Origin: an uncultured virus (IMG/VR IMGVR_UViG_3300042326_001281)
Lineage: Duplodnaviria; Heunggongvirae; Uroviricota; Caudoviricetes
Reading direction: 5' to 3' (one strand)
Virus record (IMG/VR): IMGVR_UViG_3300042326_001281
DNA: 64,000 bases
Shown in pieces: positions 9,299 through 17,643 of this stretch. Made by a program: the position numbers and the translations under genes. The first letter of the stretch is position 1. Every line of letters starts with the position of its first letter. The notes beneath the pieces are model-generated. The model was not told the DNA's origin. It did not search any database and saw only the letters and a program-made list of their open reading frames with translations.

Positions 9299-11890
9299 TT
9301 GGCAACGGTAGATAAAAACTTTAAAATAAAGAATGGCCTTATAGTAGGAGATTCTACAAATCTTGTTAACTATTCATCTGCCTCCCCCTCAAATCCATTC
9401 ATAGGTCAACTTTGGATTAATGAACCATATCTGTATGCATGGTCATCTGCATCCACATGGGTATTAGTTGGAGATGGAAACTCTGGTGGCGGTGGAGGGG
9501 GTTCTGCCTCAGGAACTCCATTAAATATACCCAATACATTAGTTTCTAGAAGTGCTTCTGGAATATTTTCTATTGGCGGCATCGACCTTGATCTCTCTGG
9601 AACAGTACCTCTAGGCGTAGGTAGATTACAATGGAATTCTTCTGTTGGAACTCCAGAAGTTGGTTTAATTGGCGGTAACGTTACTGCTCATATCGGACAG
9701 CATGTTCATGCATATGTAACAAATGCTGAAGGTTCCCCCCTTGTTAAAGGTGATGTTGTTTATTTATTTGGAGCGTCAGGAGATAGAGCATCTGTTAAAA
9801 AAGCAATTAACACAGGAGATCCCACATCTTCTAAAACTTTGGGGGTAGTTGCAGAGGCAATTGGTACTAATCAAAATGGTTTTGTTACCGAATTTGGCGT
9901 TGTAAATGGACTTAATTTAAGTGCATATTCACCTGGAGATACTTTATGGCTATCTGCTTCTGCTGGTAAATTTACTAATATTAAACCTTCTGCTCCAAAT
10001 CATACAGTTTTTATTGGTGTTGTAGAAAGAGCAAATTCTGGAAATGGTCAACTTTTTGTTAATGTTCAGAACGGTTATGAGTTAAGTGAAATACATGACG
10101 TCTTAATAAATGGCATTGCAGACAACCATATAATTTCATACAATCAATCTTCTAGTTTATGGCTTAATCAAAATCTTGCAACGGCTATACAAGAAGTTGA
10201 CGGATCGGGATCAGGAATAGATGCTGACCTACTTGATGGACACCATGCATCATACTTTTTAGACACTTCTTCAAACACCCAAGAAAAAACAGGAAATATA
10301 ACTTTTCATGGAACTTTAACTGTTAATGAATTAGTAGTATCTGGAAGTTCTGCATTTATAGCAACTCAAGACTTAACTGTTACAGATTCATTAATTTTTC
10401 TAGCATCAGAACAATATACTACAGACGGTTTAGATATTGGTTTTGTTGGTTCCTATGGTGATGGAACTACTTCTTCTGCCAGTCATTACCATGCCTCACT
10501 TGTAAGAGACGCCTCTGAAAATAAATGGAAACTTCTTTCAAATGGTCCTGCTCCAGTTAATAATGTTATAGATTATTCCGATCCATCTGTTGAGTTTGGA
10601 GTATTACAACTTGGCGCTATAGAGATCTCATCCAGCGCTAAGGTAAATAATTTAAACGCTGACTTATTAGACAATCAAGACGGCTCCTACTATCTGGATT
10701 GGACAAATACAACTAATAAACCAGATCCAATTATAGGTGTTGAACTTACTGGTAATACGTCTGGAGCCGCTTCTGTTACATTAACAGATTTAAATAGTGG
10801 TCAAATTACTATTACAACTAATACTACTCATGCCACAACTGCATCCTCTATGAATTGGAGCGGAGTTACAGATAAACCAGACCCCATTATTGGTGTATCT
10901 TTATCTGGTAATACTACTGGTGCCGCTAGTGCCACCCTGACTGATCTTGCTAATGGACAGATATCAATTACGACAAATACAGCACACGCTAATACAGCAT
11001 CTTCAATTAATGCTTTATTAATTACAGGGACTACTCTTCCTGCTGCAATAGTTGGATCAAGTTTAACAAGCGTAGGGACGTTAACAAACCTATCTGTAAC
11101 AAACGTAATTAGTGGAATAGTAGCGTCTGCAAACTTTGCAGTACATGCACTAACTGCTTCTAGTATAGCGGGATCACTAGTTACTGGACCAGTTGGTTCT
11201 GCTAATTTTGCGCTTCATGCATTAACGGCCTCATCTATTGCAGGATCTCTAGTAACAGGCACTGTAGCAAATGCTACTAATGCTACACATGCAGATACAG
11301 CATCAAGTATTAATTCTTCATTACTTACAGGCACAACGCTCCCCTCAAGTGTTGTTGACTCAAGTCTTACTAGCGTTGGAACGTTGACTAATTTATCCGT
11401 AACAAACGTTATTAGTGGCAGAGTTGCATCTGCTAATTTTTCCTTACATTCATTAACTGCATCTTCTATGAATTGGGTGGGAATAACAGATGCACCAGAT
11501 CCAATCATTGGGGTTAATTTAACAGGTGAAGTTACTGGCGCTGCCTCCGCTACTTTGACAAATTTAACTAATGGTCAAATTTCTATAACAACAACCATTG
11601 CTCCAGACTCAGTTATTCTTGGCACAGATACGACAGGAAATTATGTAGCAGGGGCTACTGGTGGTAATGGTATAATTATATCTGGAACAGCAGGAGAAGG
11701 ATGGTCTCCTACAATTACCGTTCATTCATCTGCTCTTACAGCAAGTGTTTCTGGAACATCTCCTACAGGAGCCGCAACAGTTAGTGCATCAACAAGTCCA
11801 GGAGGATTTAGAAATGTCTTTTTCTCTACAGCCTCCGCAGGAACAGGCGGCTTTGGAAATGATGGAGATGTTTGGCTTGTCTATGTTTAA
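9299..11890 (+). CDS. Fibre protein, paralogue of 7609..9273 (TTG start)
   Basis: Shares MATVxKxFxxKNG start, ADLLD, WxNTTNKP and LGTDTTGNY motifs; internal repeats; ends with GNDGDVWLVYV. Confidence 0.65.
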   Translation: MATVDKNFKIKNGLIVGDSTNLVNYSSASPSNPFIGQLWINEPYLYAWSSASTWVLVGDGNSGGGGGGSASGTPLNIPNTLVSRSASGIFSIGGIDLDLSGTVPLGVGRLQWNSSVGTPEVGLIGGNVTAHIGQHVHAYVTNAEGSPLVKGDVVYLFGASGDRASVKKAINTGDPTSSKTLGVVAEAIGTNQNGFVTEFGVVNGLNLSAYSPGDTLWLSASAGKFTNIKPSAPNHTVFIGVVERANSGNGQLFVNVQNGYELSEIHDVLINGIADNHIISYNQSSSLWLNQNLATAIQEVDGSGSGIDADLLDGHHASYFLDTSSNTQEKTGNITFHGTLTVNELVVSGSSAFIATQDLTVTDSLIFLASEQYTTDGLDIGFVGSYGDGTTSSASHYHASLVRDASENKWKLLSNGPAPVNNVIDYSDPSVEFGVLQLGAIEISSSAKVNNLNADLLDNQDGSYYLDWTNTTNKPDPIIGVELTGNTSGAASVTLTDLNSGQITITTNTTHATTASSMNWSGVTDKPDPIIGVSLSGNTTGAASATLTDLANGQISITTNTAHANTASSINALLITGTTLPAAIVGSSLTSVGTLTNLSVTNVISGIVASANFAVHALTASSIAGSLVTGPVGSANFALHALTASSIAGSLVTGTVANATNATHADTASSINSSLLTGTTLPSSVVDSSLTSVGTLTNLSVTNVISGRVASANFSLHSLTASSMNWVGITDAPDPIIGVNLTGEVTGAASATLTNLTNGQISITTTIAPDSVILGTDTTGNYVAGATGGNGIIISGTAGEGWSPTITVHSSALTASVSGTSPTGAATVSASTSPGGFRNVFFSTASAGTGGFGNDGDVWLVYV

Positions 11891-11926
11891 TAGAGTATAA
11901 TATACCTACTAAGAATAGGAAAAATA

Positions 11927-12655
11927 TTGTTAGAATTTAGAGTCGATTGGGAAGAATATGGTCTAGGTGAAGACCATCACCTCCATATGTTTAAGCCTGT
12001 ACCAGCAGTCAAAATGTTGCCAGAATGGTTCAAAAGGCTAGGAGAAGATTCTGGCTGTGAGCATAATAATTGGCCTACCGCTAAAACCTGTAGAGGCGTT
12101 TTTGATTCTATGTCTAGCGGCTACATTATTAAATGGCCTTTTGACGTAAGAATACAAAGGGACGAGAATGGTAGACTTTTCTGCTATAAGTCACGAACGG
12201 GAGACAACCATGACTTCAAGCCTCATCCACACTATCAATTAGAAGGATATCCAGATTTATTATTAGAATCTCAAAGAGACGGTATACAAAAACTCAATCT
12301 ACCGTATAGGGTTAGAACTCCTGCTGGGACCAGTATTTTGATGAAGCAGCCAGCATATAGGCCAGACCTAAAAACTGAAGCAATGGAAGGTATAATAGAT
12401 ACCGATAAATTCTATGGAACCTTTAATGTACTATTTAACATTAAAAAAATAGATACAAAGAGAAAAGTTGTAATTCCCGCTGGAACTCCGTTGGCTCAAG
12501 TTATTCCATTTGTTAGAGGAGAATGGGAGATTTCATATGGAGAGATTGATCAAGATAAAAAAAAGATCAATGATGATCTAGCAGACAATATAGAAAAGTT
12601 TTATCAAAAATATCAATGGGAAAGGAAGATATTTAAAAATGAAGCAGTTGACTAA
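11927..12655 (+). CDS. Conserved phage protein (DUF6065/dUTPase-like fold suspected)
   Basis: PEWFK, KTC..VFD, GIIDTD and IPAGTPLAQVIPFVR motifs; paralogue of 13270..13983. Confidence 0.5.
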   Translation: MLEFRVDWEEYGLGEDHHLHMFKPVPAVKMLPEWFKRLGEDSGCEHNNWPTAKTCRGVFDSMSSGYIIKWPFDVRIQRDENGRLFCYKSRTGDNHDFKPHPHYQLEGYPDLLLESQRDGIQKLNLPYRVRTPAGTSILMKQPAYRPDLKTEAMEGIIDTDKFYGTFNVLFNIKKIDTKRKVVIPAGTPLAQVIPFVRGEWEISYGEIDQDKKKINDDLADNIEKFYQKYQWERKIFKNEAVD

Positions 12656-13295
12656 TTTACCCCCAGGTATTGAAATATTCTCTAATATTATTTCTTACTC
12701 AGAGGCAGATGCCATGGTAGATATTATAGAGAGTGCTATTGATACAAAAAATAACTGTAATTTACAGTGGGGTCTTCCAAAAATGCACTCACCTGACATT
12801 TCTTCACTAAGAAGAAATGATGCTGTCGCTGTTTCAGAGCATACCTTTCTTAACGCAGATTGTTCATGCGGACTTAAAGAAATAGACTCAACATTAGGTA
12901 AATTAATGTTAAAGTGTCTAGAAAAATATGTATCTAAATATGACATTGGAATAACACAAGACGAGGGGTTTTATTGTGTTAAATATGATAAGTCACATGT
13001 TGATTTTGGAGTGGTAGACGATAATCCTTTTGTCAATAGAGTGGTTTCTATGCATATGCCATTAAATATAAATGAGCCAACAGAGTACATTAAATTTAAA
13101 AATTTAGATTTTTCTATTAGTATCTCATCACCATCAATTATTTTATTTCCATCCAATTTTCTTTTTTCATACGAAAAACCCTATACAGAGGGTCTATATG
13201 AAATTCAAAACTTTTTTAATAATAACCCAGACAATCAATTCTTTGATAAAATTTTTGGCGAAGAGGTTTCTATTTCTTTGGAAAAATCTGATTAG
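12639..13295 (+). CDS. Degenerate 2OG-Fe(II) oxygenase-like protein
   Basis: Aligns by eye to 17027..17629 (ITQDE, RVxS, PSIxLFPSN) but has VVD in place of HVD and Y in place of the distal His. Confidence 0.6.
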   Translation: MKQLTNLPPGIEIFSNIISYSEADAMVDIIESAIDTKNNCNLQWGLPKMHSPDISSLRRNDAVAVSEHTFLNADCSCGLKEIDSTLGKLMLKCLEKYVSKYDIGITQDEGFYCVKYDKSHVDFGVVDDNPFVNRVVSMHMPLNINEPTEYIKFKNLDFSISISSPSIILFPSNFLFSYEKPYTEGLYEIQNFFNNNPDNQFFDKIFGEEVSISLEKSD

Positions 13296-13983
13296 TTCTA
13301 AGGTTTCTATAAAAACCAGAGCCAAAACTTTCAACAAAGTGTCGGGTTTGTTGAATAAACCCTTTATCAGAACCAAACTTCTTATAGTTTAAACTAATGC
13401 TATCTCTTTTTACAAAGATTACCTTCATGAATGGAGTTCCCGCATCGATCTTTCCTTCAAAATTGCTATTAACAAGAAAAGGAAAATTAACGGGGGCTTT
13501 ATATTTATCAACCTGCACCATTGCACCTATAAATAAAAGAGGGTATCCAGTATACGGGTAGTAAGGAATATACACAGCAGAATACCCATCTGGGGCTTCA
13601 ATATAAAAAGGAAAATCTACTTTATATGGAGCATAAGAATATTCTTTTGGATATGGTAGTTCTTGCAACTGCTGGGGAGAGTGATGGCCTAGTTTACAGT
13701 TAAAGGACTCAGTGCTAGAACTTAATTGTTGGTTCAGACCAGTTCCCTCTGCATATAGAGAAAATGGAAAGTGAAGGGTCAGCCCATATGATAAATAATC
13801 AAAAACTGGCATACATCTTTTTATAGACTGCGCCTTATCTTTTTTCACAGACTTACTAAGATTATTTACATATGAATCACTTTTTTTATACCATTCAGGA
13901 ATTTCATTATCGCTTTTACGAATACAATATTCCATGAAGTCGCCACCATAAGTTTCTTCAATTGGATAAACATTAATTTCCAT
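13270..13983 (-). CDS. Conserved phage protein, paralogue of 11927..12655
   Basis: IPEWYKK, IKRCMPVFD, NFPF and IDAGTPFMKVIFVKR motifs. Confidence 0.55.
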   Translation of the reverse strand: MEINVYPIEETYGGDFMEYCIRKSDNEIPEWYKKSDSYVNNLSKSVKKDKAQSIKRCMPVFDYLSYGLTLHFPFSLYAEGTGLNQQLSSSTESFNCKLGHHSPQQLQELPYPKEYSYAPYKVDFPFYIEAPDGYSAVYIPYYPYTGYPLLFIGAMVQVDKYKAPVNFPFLVNSNFEGKIDAGTPFMKVIFVKRDSISLNYKKFGSDKGFIQQTRHFVESFGSGFYRNLRTNQIFPKK

Positions 13984-13998
13984 TAAGAGTGTTCCTAT

Positions 13999-14307
13999 CT
14001 ATATTTTAGAAATAAAAGATTGAAGTTCTGGATAATCTTCAACATTAACATTATACTTCTCAGACATATGCAAAACAATATCTTTAAATATTTTTTTTGC
14101 GGAATTCCAAGAAGTAGTAAAACCAGACATATAAATAATATGATCATGTTCAACTGGTTTAAATATGGTATAGAAAGCCTGCTGACCATGAGACCCTATA
14201 ATATTAGAGATAGATAATTCGTACCTTTGATCATTAGAATCAATAAAAAACTTCTTTATCCTATAATCTGATAAAAATCTATTAGTTGATAAGTCTATAT
14301 CTGACAC
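13999..14307 (-). CDS. Hypothetical protein (start revised to GTG 14307)
   Basis: TGCTATAAT lies 6 nt upstream of an in-frame GTG; this start removes the overlap with the 14343 gene. Confidence 0.5.
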   Translation of the reverse strand: MSDIDLSTNRFLSDYRIKKFFIDSNDQRYELSISNIIGSHGQQAFYTIFKPVEHDHIIYMSGFTTSWNSAKKIFKDIVLHMSEKYNVNVEDYPELQSFISKI

Positions 14308-14313
14308 AGAATA

Positions 14314-14336
14314 ATTATAGCATGGCGTGATATAAT
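14314..14336. promoter_or_regulatory. Back-to-back divergent extended -10 promoters
   Basis: Minus-strand TGCTATAAT (14322-14314) and plus-strand TGATATAAT (14328-14336), each exactly 6 nt from a start codon. Confidence 0.7.
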
Positions 14337-14342
14337 TTAGGA

Positions 14343-16064
14343 ATGGCAAATGCAAAAGTTGGAGGAACTTGGCGAACTGTTAAACTGCCATATGCTAGAG
14401 TTTCTGGTCAATGGAAGCCTTGTAAGCAGATGTATGCTAAAGTCGGTGGGGTTTGGAAAATAACATTTGATATCACAGCCGCCGACCCATTTGATGGCAC
14501 TGGATCATTAGATGGACAGTTGACCCCAGGATATGCTCCCTGGGAAGTAATAAGTGGTACTTGGACAGAATCTGGTGGAAATGTATCGTCATCAGATACC
14601 TCCGATAGAGTTGCTGCACTAGAAACTGGGCTAACAGATGTTGAAGTAGAAATTGATAGGACTACGGCAGCAACAGGCGGTGACGGAGTAGCCTTTTGGA
14701 TTCAAGACCAATCGAATTGGTGGGGCGTGAGAGCGTACACTGAAGAATATTTCGTTCCATTCACTAATTTTACTTACTATCCATTTAATTGTACTGATTC
14801 ATTTAGAACAAGAAATATTACACAGAATCCATCCGTTCCAGGAACAGCAATCCCTGGAACTAATAATATTGCAAGCCCAGGAAATGTTGTAACCCCTGGA
14901 AATGTAAGTGCCTTTGGAACATGTACGAATACAACTGGGTGTACAGGAACATGTTGTTTTACCCCAGTTCCTTCTACTCCTGTTCCTGGAAGTAATAATA
15001 TTGTAAATTCTGGAACATTTGTATCCTGTAACTATTCCCTCTCTTATTTCAGTATGATTACTAATAGAAATACATTTCTTGCAACAATTTCAACTAGAAC
15101 TTGTTCATGTAGTGGTAATTCAAATAGTAATTGTAGTCTTTCGTTTGGTAGTGGAGGTAATAACTGCATTAATGGTTGTGGACCAACAAATTATCCAGGC
15201 CCTAGCCCCTTTCCTTGTAATAGAAATCCAGACAATAGATCATTCGCAACAAGAATATCTGGATGTGGGAGCGGGTGCGGACCAGCATGTGGACCAATTT
15301 GTGGAGCCTCGCCTTCGCCTAGTAATGTTAACAGCATATTTCAATTATTCTGCCCTAATGCTTCATCATATAATAATTTCTCATTTAATAATGCAAACTG
15401 TTCTTGTGCATATGGCGTTAGTGCTACTAAAGCAAACTTTACTAATAATCCACCGAATTATAATGCTCCGAATAATAACCCTGCTAGTAATAATGCCCCA
15501 AGGTTTAATAATCCACCGAGTTTTAATACTCCAACTAATAATGTGCCAAATTATAATCCTCCAAATAATAACACCCCTACTCCAGCATCATGCACATGTA
15601 CAGATGGACCAATTACTAACAGTAATTATCTTAGTTTTATATCTAGTAACGTAAGTTTTCCTGTATGTGCTAATAATATTCCATGCTCTTCAACTCAACC
15701 TACAGGAACATTATATTCACGATCATGTGTAGCATGTCCTGCTGGGTCACCTTCTTGTATTACAAGTTTTTCAGGTGTAAATGCAGCATATTACAAACGA
15801 GGTCAAATTATTAGAAAATCTGGCGGAACATTAAATGTAATAACTAATCAAGACTTTGGCGATGTAGGAAACGTCTATGCTTATACCTCTGGGAATACAA
15901 TTGGATTTAGACAATACTCAGCGACAGGTAGAGCAGGAACTTCATCAAATCTAGTAACCTATGACGCTGGTCCAATAAATAAAGGGACTAAGCATGGTAT
16001 AATCGTTACCGCAGTTCCATACACTCAAAGTTATTCTATAAGTAGATTTAAGGTGAATGTTTAA
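14343..16064 (+). CDS. Cys/Asn/Pro-rich putative fibre-tip adhesin
   Basis: Three N-terminal (K/R)V(G/S)GxW repeats; beta-rich domain interrupted by an insert with 26 Cys and NNPP-type repeats. Confidence 0.55.
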   Translation: MANAKVGGTWRTVKLPYARVSGQWKPCKQMYAKVGGVWKITFDITAADPFDGTGSLDGQLTPGYAPWEVISGTWTESGGNVSSSDTSDRVAALETGLTDVEVEIDRTTAATGGDGVAFWIQDQSNWWGVRAYTEEYFVPFTNFTYYPFNCTDSFRTRNITQNPSVPGTAIPGTNNIASPGNVVTPGNVSAFGTCTNTTGCTGTCCFTPVPSTPVPGSNNIVNSGTFVSCNYSLSYFSMITNRNTFLATISTRTCSCSGNSNSNCSLSFGSGGNNCINGCGPTNYPGPSPFPCNRNPDNRSFATRISGCGSGCGPACGPICGASPSPSNVNSIFQLFCPNASSYNNFSFNNANCSCAYGVSATKANFTNNPPNYNAPNNNPASNNAPRFNNPPSFNTPTNNVPNYNPPNNNTPTPASCTCTDGPITNSNYLSFISSNVSFPVCANNIPCSSTQPTGTLYSRSCVACPAGSPSCITSFSGVNAAYYKRGQIIRKSGGTLNVITNQDFGDVGNVYAYTSGNTIGFRQYSATGRAGTSSNLVTYDAGPINKGTKHGIIVTAVPYTQSYSISRFKVNV

Positions 16065-16231
16065 TGTCAGAAAAAATTAATTATATTAAAGAATTACGGT
16101 CTAACAGACTTGATATTTGCAAAAATTGTGAGTTTTTTAATAAAATTACAACTCAATGCAATAAATGTGGGTGTATAATGTCTATGAAAACATTGCTTGC
16201 AGATGCAAAATGTCCTATAGGAAGGTGGTAA
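16064..16231 (+). CDS. 55-aa Cys-rich microprotein (DUF6171-like), not in the ORF track
   Basis: MSEKINYIKELRSNRLDICKNCEFFNKITTQCNKCGCIMSMKTLLADAKCPIGRW; TAATG coupling to the upstream gene. Confidence 0.75.
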   Translation: MSEKINYIKELRSNRLDICKNCEFFNKITTQCNKCGCIMSMKTLLADAKCPIGRW

Positions 16232-16232
16232 C

Positions 16233-16817
16233 ATGAGAATAATATGTACAGTTGATAATTCATTTTTATTAGAAACAGAAGATGGATTAGTCTATCCATT
16301 TAATATGAATAATATTGATGTTCTGGTGGCAGAACTATCTTTAGATATTGATGTTTGCAATGAAATAAAAAATAAAGTGCTTGATATAATGAAAGAAAAA
16401 ATTGATAAGAAGCAACTGACTCAAACACTTTCTATTGAAAAAATTGCACAGTATATTCAAAGCCTTATTTTATTAAATGAATATATGCCAGTCCTTGAAA
16501 TTCTAGATAGATCAACTAGAACACATAAAATGATTACTACAGACAAGCCATATGAAACATGGCAGTGGGACTATCAAAAAGAAGAATATGTAGCACCTAT
16601 GCCATACCCAACAAAATTAGTAGAGTCTGAGCCAGATAAATATATTTGGAATGATGACTCTCTTTCATGGGAACCTGCTGAACCAGCCCCACATAGAGGT
16701 TGGCTGTGGGATTATGCTAAAGAAAAGTATACTTCTCCCGTACCATATCCATTAGATGCAGAACCAGATGAATTTAAGTGGGATGAAGAAAAAATGTTAT
16801 GGGTGGTTAATGACTAA
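16233..16817 (+). CDS. Trp/Pro-repeat phage protein (fibre-associated)
   Basis: Duplicated WxWD....Y..P.PYP.....Y/F.W.D/E....W units in the C-terminal half. Confidence 0.5.
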   Translation: MRIICTVDNSFLLETEDGLVYPFNMNNIDVLVAELSLDIDVCNEIKNKVLDIMKEKIDKKQLTQTLSIEKIAQYIQSLILLNEYMPVLEILDRSTRTHKMITTDKPYETWQWDYQKEEYVAPMPYPTKLVESEPDKYIWNDDSLSWEPAEPAPHRGWLWDYAKEKYTSPVPYPLDAEPDEFKWDEEKMLWVVND

Positions 16818-17025
16818 ATGGGTAAACTTATACATCTTCCTGTTTTTAATTAATATAATTACTTTAATATTTTTTAACCTATCTATAATATTTACATCTT
16901 TACTTGTAATTTCAGCAGGCATTGTGATATATTTTTCATATAAAAATAAAACTACATCTATCGTTCATGTAGTAATGCTACTACTATCAATATTATTGTT
17001 AGTATTATCTATAATAAGGGTTTAA
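16810..17025 (+). CDS. Small multi-TM membrane protein
   Basis: Highly hydrophobic; likely ATG 16810 overlapping the previous stop region. Confidence 0.45.
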   Translation: MTKWVNLYIFLFLINIITLIFFNLSIIFTSLLVISAGIVIYFSYKNKTTSIVHVVMLLLSILLLVLSIIRV

Positions 17026-17026
17026 T

Positions 17027-17629
17027 ATGACTAAAAAAATACTGGCTCCAGGAGTTGTTCAATATCCATTTCCAAAAAAATTAGCCAGAAGTTTAATCGA
17101 TATGCTTGAAAGTGATGATAGTGTACCCTGGGACAGAAGCCTTGTTGGTACTAATGGGCACTCTAGCGATGTAAGAACAAGTGAGCAGATAGCACTTGAA
17201 GCAGAAATGCCAATTGCAGCGTCAAAAATAAAAGAAGTCTTTATTGAGTGTGTTAAAGAATATATGGAAGATTATGAAATTAATATTACTCAGGACGAGT
17301 CGCTAGTTCTACTTAGATATAGCGAGTATAATAAGTACGACTATCATGTAGATGCAAATTGGAATTTATACAGAGTTTTATCAGGTCTTATTTATTTAAA
17401 CCCAACAGAATATGAAGGCGGCGAGACCCACTTTGATCAGTTTGATTTATCAATTAATCCTGAAGAACCATCAATAGTTTTATTTCCATCAAATTATATC
17501 TATAAACATGCTGCTATGCCAGTTACTTCTGGGGTAAAATATATTATTGTTACATGGATGAATGACTTACCACCAGGAATTCATCCAACCATTATAAATT
17601 CTATTGCACATGCGACAGGAAGACATTAG
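17027..17629 (+). CDS. 2OG-Fe(II) oxygenase, prolyl-4-hydroxylase-like
   Basis: HVD...LIYLN..YEGGET.F...LFPS..YKH...VTSGVKY with intact HxD...H triad and a 2OG-binding Lys. Confidence 0.85.
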   Translation: MTKKILAPGVVQYPFPKKLARSLIDMLESDDSVPWDRSLVGTNGHSSDVRTSEQIALEAEMPIAASKIKEVFIECVKEYMEDYEINITQDESLVLLRYSEYNKYDYHVDANWNLYRVLSGLIYLNPTEYEGGETHFDQFDLSINPEEPSIVLFPSNYIYKHAAMPVTSGVKYIIVTWMNDLPPGIHPTIINSIAHATGRH

Positions 17630-17643
17630 TATATAATAATTTT

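Noticed and set aside
15079..15654. 191-aa alternative-frame ORF inside the Cys-rich gene
   Set aside because: Its I/L/M-rich sequence is the expected shadow of AAT/CCx-rich codons; no SD or recognisable motif.
14343..16064. Diversity-generating retroelement target (many AAT/AAC codons)
   Set aside because: No reverse transcriptase and no template/variable repeat pair is visible in the window.
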